Below are positions 1 through 7,313 of a DNA stretch of 21,445 bases, in pieces. This DNA is from Microcoleaceae cyanobacterium. GTDB taxonomy: Bacteria; Cyanobacteriota; Cyanobacteriia; Cyanobacteriales; Microcoleaceae. The position numbers were made by a program, and so were the translations under genes. The stretch is from NCBI GenBank assembly GCA_051652765.1, contig JBOFUV010000049.1, positions 1 to 21,445 on the forward strand, in the 5' to 3' direction. Position 1 is the first letter of the stretch. The number at the start of each line of letters is the position of its first letter. Under the pieces are notes generated by a model that did no database searches, was not told the DNA's origin, and saw only the letters and a list, made by a program, of their open reading frames with translations.

Positions 1-221
1 TTGTGAGGAATCTGGATCAAAATTCCGGCCCCGTCCCCCGTGTTGGCTTCACAACCACAGGCACCTCGATGATCAAGGTTCAAAAGAATCGTCAATGCCT
101 GCTCTACAATTTCATGGGACTTTTCCCCCTTCATCTGCACAATAAAACCGACCCCACAAGCATCATGCTCAAATTGAGGATCGTAGAGCCCCTGTTTAAT
201 TGGCATTGCGTTCTGATTCAT
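1..221 (-). CDS. gltB: Glutamate synthase large subunit (NADH-GOGAT type), 5' end only; runs off the window
   Basis: Manual translation of the minus strand from ATG at 221: [73 protein letters not shown]. It contains the CGVGF, HRGA and GDGAG amidotransferase motifs. The GLYDP-EHDACG leader resembles GltB rather than GlsF. Confidence 0.95.
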   Translation of the reverse strand, partial: MNQNAMPIKQGLYDPQFEHDACGVGFIVQMKGEKSHEIVEQALTILLNLDHRGACGCEANTGDGAGILIQIPH

Positions 222-540
222 AATGAGTGACCTGAAAGTGGCAAAGAAATTGATAAAGAAATTAACAAATTACAACTCAGTTCGCTTCAGTGGGAGAACT
301 GAGTCCTATCTATTATGGTGAATTTTCTACCCAAAAAAACTCTGGGCCACTTGATCTTAAGGAAGTCTTAGGTCTAGCTCAACAATTTTCAATCTTTTTA
401 GATTTTGTCTGGATTTATACAGTACCTTTTTAGCAAAGTTGTCAAAGTCTTAAGCTTTAAGACTGCACAAAATAATAATTTGCTAAGAATTGTCGAGTTT
501 TGTAGAGTATATGTTTCAAATTCTACGGTTTTTGCAAACC

Positions 541-554
541 GTATCTAACTTTAC
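541..554. promoter_or_regulatory. Putative NtcA binding site
   Basis: GTA-TCTAACTT-TAC matches GTA-N8-TAC, about 320 bp upstream of the nitrogen-assimilation gene gltB. Confidence 0.45.
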
Positions 555-648
555 AGTTCTCCCTTCTTAAGGATACCATGCTTGAACTAAAGATATAGAC
601 GAATCTCTTTCAGGGACTTTTAGAGTTGATCGTTAGACCCGAAACAGA

Positions 649-1284
649 TCAGGACTGCCAAAAATGAGTGGATTCATAGTTTAATGTCTGCAACATTTCT
701 CGCAGCAATGGCAAGCTCAATCCAATCACGTTGGTATGGCATCCTTCTATTTTTTCCACAAATAAGCCCCCTTTTCCTTCAATTGCAAAGCCTCCAGCAC
801 AGTTTAAGGGTTCTCCAGTTTCGACATAGGCTGCAATCTGTTGATCACTAAGATTGGCAAAGTAAACTTTAGTGATCTGACAACAGGTCAAGGTTTTTGA
901 TTGCTCAATGTCGATCAATGTATGACCTGTAAATAGTTGTCCAATCTGACCTCGCATTTTTTGCCAACGAGTCAATGCTTCCAGTTTGTCAGCAGGTTTC
1001 CCATGAACTTCTCCATCGATCACGAGTACAGAATCACACCCTAAAATCAAGGCTGATTCGGGTTGAATCCCATCAATTAAATGACTCACCAAACGCTCAG
1101 CAACCGTCTCAGCTTTACATCGAGCTAAGGTTTGCACAAGGTCTATTGGATGATCCGTTTGAATTTGTGATTCATCAAAATCACTAGGACAAATAACAGG
1201 GTTCATGCCTGCCATATTCAAGAGGCGCTTTCGGGCAGGAGAAGCCGAGGCAAGAATTAATAGTTTAGAACTTCTCGATAACAT
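649..1284 (-). CDS. maf: Maf-family nucleoside triphosphate pyrophosphatase
   Basis: [29 protein letters not shown] and NVIGLSL motifs. Confidence 0.95.
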   Translation of the reverse strand: MLSRSSKLLILASASPARKRLLNMAGMNPVICPSDFDESQIQTDHPIDLVQTLARCKAETVAERLVSHLIDGIQPESALILGCDSVLVIDGEVHGKPADKLEALTRWQKMRGQIGQLFTGHTLIDIEQSKTLTCCQITKVYFANLSDQQIAAYVETGEPLNCAGGFAIEGKGGLFVEKIEGCHTNVIGLSLPLLREMLQTLNYESTHFWQS

Positions 1285-1349
1285 CTTGAGGTTGATTTCC
1301 TTGACTGCTGCTACTTAAAAAACATTACTCTTTTCTGTTTGAGTAATAC

Positions 1350-1402
1350 ATAGCAATCACAAATGATTTGTGAAGAGAGGGTGAAGGGGGCGTTGCCCCT
1401 TC
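1350..1402 (+). repeat. Partial inverted copy of the MITE/REP-like element at 5376-5493
   Basis: Aligns to the reverse complement of 5438-5491 with 3 substitutions and 1 indel over 54 nt. Confidence 0.85.
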
Positions 1403-1643
1403 GATTAGATAGAAAATGATGCTATGGTATCGTAAATAGTTTGTGAAAATTCGTTTAGACTTTAGCCCTATCAGGTTAGGAGAGATAAGATTGACGCAGG
1501 CAAGATGTCCGCACCACATGAGTTAAAGACGCAACGATAAGATGCTTTTGTTAACAGCTCAATTGTTAACAGAATTGTCAATGACCTAATAGTCAATCAT
1601 CCGTAGATCACCCAAGTTAAACTTGGGGTTGACCCTGGGTAAA

Positions 1644-2183
1644 TCAATACACCGAGAAAGACTTGGCAACTTGTTGTAACTGCTCGTGAATCTTTTGCCA
1701 ACGGCTCTCGCTAGTGGAGATATTGAGTGTAAATAATTGACCCCGACTGACCGCAACACTGGCAATATCATGCCGAATTTGATTGGGGAGCTTTACAGCA
1801 TATTCCAGCAAGTAATAGGTTTTTTCTCCAGATTCCCTGGCTTCGGCATTGACCAACTCGGCTTCCCGACCTGAACCTTCAGGAGCGATCGCATTTTTGC
1901 TCAGTTTGTAGCCAACTTCAGAAGGGGTTCCAATTTCTTCAAGGGTTTTATTGTCAGCTACGGGACTAATCACAACGCTGACATTTTCAGTTTGTTCAAT
2001 CATGTCGTGAAATACAACGTCAGGGCCATTGGCAACCTTGACCTGCAGCCAACCATTAGGATAAAGAAATTCATAGCCATCTGCCGTATCTACATAGCTC
2101 TTAAAGCCGCCCCCCGTTGCAACACAACTGGCTAGCGTTAAACTGAGGAAGACCAAGCATAACATCACAATTCGTCTAAGCAT
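1644..2183 (-). CDS. psbP: Photosystem II PsbP-like lipoprotein (CyanoP)
   Basis: Signal peptide with lipobox LASC; DGYEFLYPNGW, ENVSVVIS and GTPSEVG motifs. The second ATG (2183) is better spaced from AGGA than 2189. Confidence 0.92.
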   Translation of the reverse strand: MLRRIVMLCLVFLSLTLASCVATGGGFKSYVDTADGYEFLYPNGWLQVKVANGPDVVFHDMIEQTENVSVVISPVADNKTLEEIGTPSEVGYKLSKNAIAPEGSGREAELVNAEARESGEKTYYLLEYAVKLPNQIRHDIASVAVSRGQLFTLNISTSESRWQKIHEQLQQVAKSFSVY

Positions 2184-2321
2184 AAACATTTTTCCTATAT
2201 TCGCCCCTTATTTTCTCATCAAACTTACCACTCCAGCAATCTACACACCACCGTCGTTTTGTGGTAACTTAGGTGTACTCGTAATGAGTATGAGTTATTG
2301 AGTTACTGAAGGTTTATAGCA

Positions 2322-2873
2322 ATGGTTAAACCAATGATTAAAATTGTTGGGCTCGCGGGCAGTCTGCGTTCAGAGTCCTACAGCCAACAGGCTCTAGTGA
2401 TTGCGGCCCAACGAGTCGAAGCTCTGGGAGCTGAAATTGAGGTGTTAGATCTGCGATCGCTGCATCTGCCATTCTGTGACGGTGGGGATGAGTATCCTGA
2501 TCATCCCGATGTAGAACGGTTGCGGGAAACGGTCAAACAGGCTCAAGGATTAATCCTGTCAACCCCTGAGTATCATGGCAGTGTCAGTGGAGTCGTGAAA
2601 AATGCCCTGGATTTAATGAGTTTTGATCACTTGTCTGGCAAAGTCACAGGGTTAATCAGCGTTCTAGGCGGTCAATCCAACAGCAATGCCCTGAATGATT
2701 TGCGAATCATCATGCGATGGGTTCACGCCTGGGTAATTCCAGAACAAATTGCTATTGGTCAAGCCTGGAAAACCTTTGATGCGGAAGGGAAACTATTGGA
2801 CGAAAAACTCTCTCAACGGTTCGATCAATTCGCCCAAAGCTTAGTAGAAAATACAATAAAATTACGGAGTTGA
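2322..2873 (+). CDS. NADPH-dependent FMN reductase (flavodoxin-like fold)
   Basis: GSLRSESYS and TPEYHGSVSGVVKNALD motifs. Alternative start at 2334. Confidence 0.92.
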   Translation: MVKPMIKIVGLAGSLRSESYSQQALVIAAQRVEALGAEIEVLDLRSLHLPFCDGGDEYPDHPDVERLRETVKQAQGLILSTPEYHGSVSGVVKNALDLMSFDHLSGKVTGLISVLGGQSNSNALNDLRIIMRWVHAWVIPEQIAIGQAWKTFDAEGKLLDEKLSQRFDQFAQSLVENTIKLRS

Positions 2874-2975
2874 TGCCTAAGTTACTCCAACATCACTCAC
2901 TCAGAATCACTGACTAGGAATACCTAAACAGGAACTACAATTTTGCGCTTGAAAATCTCAACTTTTGATGGGCTA

Positions 2976-2999
2976 GGTCGTCGATTTTTCTCGGCGATC
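2976..2999. terminator. Possible hairpin between convergent genes
   Basis: GGTCGTCGA-TTTTTC-TCGGCGATC, a 9-bp stem with G-U pairs on the + strand and no clear U-tail. Confidence 0.3.
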
Positions 3000-3104
3000 G
3001 CCTCAGTCTGAATCAAAAATACTTCAACTTTTGTCAGGATTGCCGAACTGTCTACCAGGATATAAAGATCAACTTCCATGATACTAATCCCTAAAGTTTA
3101 ATCC

Positions 3105-4244
3105 CTAAAGTTTTTTGTGTGGATTTAGTTCAGAACATGCCAGAGTATCAACGACAGCTTGAGCGATGACTTCACTCCCTGTTTTATCCAGCTTTTGAGA
3201 TAATCTTGGTTCATTCAAGTTCCGTCGCAGAAAATCCCAGTCTTCTTCAAAAAATTCGGCAGGCGTTAGAATTTGATGGTAGGAGTAATCCTGTAGCCCT
3301 GACAGTAATAGGGGAGACTCGGCAAACCCTTCCCGTGAAAGGGAGACAATTGGCACATCCAACCGCATTGCTTCAGCATAGGTACTAAACCCTGGTTTGG
3401 AGACCACCCGGCCACAGAGCGGCATAAAATCTACTGGGCGAATATGAGTATAGTCCGCAGATAATCCAGGGGCAGACCGCTGTTTTTTCACCTGAATTAA
3501 ATTGGGTAAATCTGGGGCATTTGAATCAAATGTAATAAACGCAAAATCAGGAAACTGGGATAAGTTTTCATAGGGAATACGCGCCAAACCCAACCCGCCA
3601 AAGCTGAGTAATATGGTTTTTTCTGGAGGGGTTTCAATTTTAAAATCGGCTCGCAGTAAGTCTAAATCATAGCGGGGATCGCCTCCAGTTAACCCCACAT
3701 CAACTCTTTCTGGGAAAGCGTCCATAGATTCATGCATGGGCAAACGAAATAAGCGATCGCATTGCCCAAAACACGTCCCGATCCAGTCAGCAATTTTGAT
3801 AAATTCTCCACCCCAGGCACGATAAATAAAATCCCAGCCAAAGTTACCCAGCATCAAGCAAGGAACCCCTGCTGTTTTAGCAATTGTAGCTGCCAAGGGG
3901 GGAATATCTGCAATCACTAAGTCCACCCGATTTTGTTGAATGAAACTAACTTCCCCGGCAACAATAGAATGCTGATGTTGATGAATCTGTTGTACCTTTT
4001 CCAAAGTTGCATTCAAGTCCATTGTTAAGCTATCGGATTGAATGACTCCAACATCAAAAGCGCGGGGACGCAGAATAAAATCTCCTAAAATGTAGGATTC
4101 CAATAACCAACGGGGAGCAGTCGTCACCAGAATTAGCAGGCAATCGGGTAAACGTTTTTGAACTTGAGCAACAACGGATGAAGCTCGGACGACGTGACCA
4201 AAGCCATGATCGGTAATGGCAACATAAACCGTTGGTCTAGACAT
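3105..4244 (-). CDS. Glycosyltransferase-like protein (GT-B fold; resembles the L-arabinokinase N-terminal domain)
   Basis: HGFGHVVR, ADIPPLA, NFGWDFIY, SFGGLG and VSKPGFST motifs. Confidence 0.8.
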   Translation of the reverse strand: MSRPTVYVAITDHGFGHVVRASSVVAQVQKRLPDCLLILVTTAPRWLLESYILGDFILRPRAFDVGVIQSDSLTMDLNATLEKVQQIHQHQHSIVAGEVSFIQQNRVDLVIADIPPLAATIAKTAGVPCLMLGNFGWDFIYRAWGGEFIKIADWIGTCFGQCDRLFRLPMHESMDAFPERVDVGLTGGDPRYDLDLLRADFKIETPPEKTILLSFGGLGLARIPYENLSQFPDFAFITFDSNAPDLPNLIQVKKQRSAPGLSADYTHIRPVDFMPLCGRVVSKPGFSTYAEAMRLDVPIVSLSREGFAESPLLLSGLQDYSYHQILTPAEFFEEDWDFLRRNLNEPRLSQKLDKTGSEVIAQAVVDTLACSELNPHKKL

Positions 4245-4332
4245 TGGATGAACCTATAAAGTACTTAGGATTATGAATTAAATTTTGTTCCCGAGTCAGT
4301 CTTTATGATGAATTTGATAATTAATCTGATAA

Positions 4333-5319
4333 TTAAACAGTAACCTGAGCCGAAGTTGTTGTTGCTACGGATGCCAGTGGTTTTGAACGGACAGCGCGGA
4401 ACATGCCAAATCGACAAAGCCCTGTCCCAAATGCCAGTCGCATCAGTAGAATCGTAGGAACTTCTCGCAGAGATTTAAAAAAGCCAGATAGACCAAACCG
4501 CACCAACCCATCTGGTCGAGCAATCCCTTGCCAGATGGAATCTATCCAGGAAGGCAGGGTTTGTTCTGTCCAGTCTGCGGTGATCACGCTACCCTCAACG
4601 AATCCAGTTGCCTCCAAAAGCTCCGAAAAGCCTTCAATACTTGAGAAAGCGGGATGTGACCACTGATCCAGGAGTTGCTGCATCACGGGTTTTTCCCAAG
4701 CGTTCAGAGGGGTTTGGCGATCGTCTCTCTGATTCCAATCCGCAACTACCAGTAAGCCACCGGGCTTGAGTACCCGCATTAACTCCTGGGCAAACACAGC
4801 TTTATCGGGCATGTGAGGCCCCGCTTCAATCGACCAAACGACATCGAAGCTTGCATCCGGGAAAGAAAGGGCCATCGCGTCATCCACTAGAAACTGCACC
4901 TCTAGATCGTCAGACGTTAACTGCTGGGCGCGTTCAACCTGTTGGGGACTGATCGTCACACCCGTCACCGCAAATCGATAATCCCGTGCCAAAATGCGAC
5001 TGCTTCCTCCAATACCACAGCCAACATCCAACACCGTAGTACCTGGGGACAATTGATCTAAACCGCCCCATCGCACCATTTCATGAACAAAATCAGATTT
5101 GGCTACCAGAAAATCCTGCCGTTGTGGCGGTGAGCCGTAGTAACCCAAATGGATATGTTCACCCCAGTAAAACTCCAAAATCCCGTCTTCTGTCCACTGG
5201 TCATAGGAACTGGCAACAGAGTCAGAGGATTGATAGCGACGGGCTGTGATCAGATAGATGGCAATACCGATCGTTAGGAGGACGGCTAGAAGCCCAAAGG
5301 CGGATAGTAATAAATTCAT
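4333..5319 (-). CDS. MPBQ/MSBQ (2-methyl-6-phytyl-1,4-benzoquinol) methyltransferase, Sll0418-like
   Basis: N-terminal TM anchor, YWGEHIHLGYY, SAM motif VLDVGCGIGGS, WSIEAGPHMPDK and ADWNQRD. Confidence 0.88.
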   Translation of the reverse strand: MNLLLSAFGLLAVLLTIGIAIYLITARRYQSSDSVASSYDQWTEDGILEFYWGEHIHLGYYGSPPQRQDFLVAKSDFVHEMVRWGGLDQLSPGTTVLDVGCGIGGSSRILARDYRFAVTGVTISPQQVERAQQLTSDDLEVQFLVDDAMALSFPDASFDVVWSIEAGPHMPDKAVFAQELMRVLKPGGLLVVADWNQRDDRQTPLNAWEKPVMQQLLDQWSHPAFSSIEGFSELLEATGFVEGSVITADWTEQTLPSWIDSIWQGIARPDGLVRFGLSGFFKSLREVPTILLMRLAFGTGLCRFGMFRAVRSKPLASVATTTSAQVTV

Positions 5320-5375
5320 GATGCTTGCTGGTAATTGCGTTAACTGGAATCAGTTCTGTTAATCCCGCTGTCAAT

Positions 5376-5493
5376 CTATAGCGATCCTGAATCAAGCCTG
5401 AAAAAATCAGAGAGGGGTTTGGGGACGAAGTCCCTAAGAAGGGGACAACGCCCCCTTCACCCCCTTTTCATAAATCATTTGTGATTGCTATAG
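5376..5493. mobile_element. 118-bp MITE/REP-like element with imperfect terminal inverted repeats
   Basis: The left end CTATAGCGATCCTGAATCAAGCCTGAAAA matches the reverse complement of the right end CTATAGCAATCACAAATGATTTATGAAAA. There are two internal GC-rich hairpins (5419-5437, 5438-5458) and a second partial copy at 1350-1402. Confidence 0.65.
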
Positions 5494-5604
5494 TACAAAA
5501 AAATCTGAACGGGAGTTTGAAGAACCTGTTCCCAAATGGGGAAAACGTCACTTCACTTCATTGAATCTTCACTCTAGGTCACAAATAATTGAGAGGATAT
5601 CTAA

Positions 5605-6726
5605 CTATAAAGTGACTGGAATTGGACATTGTTTAGATTGGACATTGTGACGAAAAGACTGAATAGATACCAGTCGATTTGAGGGAGCATCCCACAGAAT
5701 AAACTTAAAGCAATCGGGCATATCCCTAATCTGCAAGGTTTTTACATTAGAGAGCAGGTGAATATTGGCATGGTGACAGGCTTCAACGTTGTAATTTGGG
5801 ATTCTTTCAGAAAGATGATGAATATTGTGATAGCCAATGTCGGCAGAAAACCATTTCAAAACCAGGGGTAATTTCAAATAGCTACTGCCCTCAATCGCAC
5901 CCAAAAGATAGTCCCAACCTTCTGTTTTATGAGCATAAGAACCATCAAAATTGTGCTGTACAAAGAAGACGCAGATGAACAGTGCCGCCGCTAAAGTGAG
6001 CGTGATGGAGTAAATACTGACAAAGAAACCCAGCCCCAATAAAGAACTGAAAAAGATCCAGTAACTGATTACGCAAATATTATTGAACAGTAGATCCCAA
6101 AACTCACCCGCTGTATACCAATTTCTAGATTTATAAGAAAAGATAATTTCCTTCAAACCCTGCCTTTGATCTTGTTTCAAGCAAGCTAATACATGCAGAA
6201 TAAAGCCATAAGTTCCTAATATGAGAGCAAGTCTGGGCTTGATCGCAAGGTAGAAAAAACCTCCAGGAAAAATCATCAGGGGATGTCTTAGCAACTCGTA
6301 CCGCCTCTGAGCTGATGGATTGAGTTTGGCAAACTCCTCAGTTGAGAGCACGGCAGAAGGGCCTCGATACCGCTCCCAATTCCCATTATGTTTGTGATGA
6401 TAGGCATGTCCTCTCGACCAAGGATATTGGGGAATGGCGTTGATAACACCCAGAATGAAGCCGACGATTCGATTAACTTTTTTTGAACTAAACAGCGAAT
6501 AATGTCCGCAGTCATGCATCAAAGAAAAACAGCGCACTGAAAATAGGGTGATCAGAATGACAATGGGCGGCAGCAGCCAATAAGAAATGACTGCTACTTT
6601 AACCGCTAAAAACCATAACAGTCCATAGGGAACAATGGTGTTTAGGATTTGATAAGTTGCCCGCAAGTCGTTGCTCTTCATATAGGGAGCGAGGACAAAG
6701 TCTGACTTTTTGATCGTATTTTTCAT
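5605..6726 (-). CDS. Membrane-bound fatty acid desaturase
   Basis: Three His boxes (HDCGH, HAYHH, HNIHH), FFVQH, RIPNYN and several TM segments. Regiospecificity not determinable. Confidence 0.93.
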   Translation of the reverse strand: MKNTIKKSDFVLAPYMKSNDLRATYQILNTIVPYGLLWFLAVKVAVISYWLLPPIVILITLFSVRCFSLMHDCGHYSLFSSKKVNRIVGFILGVINAIPQYPWSRGHAYHHKHNGNWERYRGPSAVLSTEEFAKLNPSAQRRYELLRHPLMIFPGGFFYLAIKPRLALILGTYGFILHVLACLKQDQRQGLKEIIFSYKSRNWYTAGEFWDLLFNNICVISYWIFFSSLLGLGFFVSIYSITLTLAAALFICVFFVQHNFDGSYAHKTEGWDYLLGAIEGSSYLKLPLVLKWFSADIGYHNIHHLSERIPNYNVEACHHANIHLLSNVKTLQIRDMPDCFKFILWDAPSNRLVSIQSFRHNVQSKQCPIPVTL

Positions 6727-7047
6727 TCAATGCAATTCTCCTGTGGACAACTATAGTAAAGATTTCTTTCAATCGAGAAAAAAGGGATGATGCTCTGATT
6801 CTAATAGCAAAATGACATCTGTTGTAGGATTATGGGCATCAACCTATGATTACAATTGTGGATTATGGTTGAATAAATAACCGCTGACTAAAGATTTTTC
6901 GCATTTTGGCTGAACGCGATCGCAACTGCCGCAGACGGTTTGGCTTACAGTTCAACTTGATATAGTACGCCCCAACCCTGAGCTTGTCACCTCGTCACAA
7001 TTCCCGCAAGGGGTCTATCATTAAAGCAACTGCGTTGGGTTTGGCAA

Positions 7048-7157
7048 AAGATCAACGCGGGTTTGATGCAAGATCAAGTTGATCTCACTCCATGATCAAC
7101 GCGCAAGTACTCCAAGATCAACTTGATCTCACTCCATGATCAATACGGGTTTAGTTG
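7048..7157. repeat. Five 22-bp phased units with core A(A/T)GATCAA
   Basis: Units start at 7048, 7070, 7092, 7114 and 7136. Units 2 and 4 differ at 1 of 22 nt. Confidence 0.85.
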
Positions 7158-7313
7158 CCTTAGTTTTCAAGGGTTCTAATTCAACCTATCAGTAAGGCGC
7201 TGGTAAGGACAAGGTGACCTCGCTCTTACTCAGTTTCTTGCTCGTGAAACAGCGCTGTTCCCAACAAAACCGATTCAACCTATCCTTTTGAGAACCTTGA
7301 AGAATTTTCAAGT

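Noticed and set aside
3..230. 75-aa plus-strand ORF in the track
   Set aside because: Antisense shadow of gltB.
222..330. Glutamine riboswitch upstream of gltB
   Set aside because: Only one simple hairpin was seen, and no glnA-motif three-way junction was recognised. An Rfam scan would be needed to exclude it fully.
1325..1519. 64-aa minus-strand ORF
   Set aside because: It reads through the MITE-like repeat and has no recognisable protein features.
1625..1635. GGG-GTTGA-CCC matching the HetR GGG-N5-CCC box
   Set aside because: The motif is short and expected by chance. It overlaps a hairpin (CCCAAGTT-A-AACTTGGG) just after the psbP stop, which is better explained as a 3' structure.
1867..1881. 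EGSGR in PsbP resembling RGSGR
   Set aside because: It lacks the first Arg and is part of a normal loop of a lumenal protein.
6984..7012. TGTCA-N5-TCACA (CRP-like) and CCC-GCAA-GGG tetraloop
   Set aside because: The spacing is wrong for CRP (N6), and a 3-bp stem is too little evidence for a riboswitch.
7048..7157. Possible CRISPR array
   Set aside because: The period of 22/44 bp is too short, there are no unique 30-40 nt spacers, and no cas genes are present.
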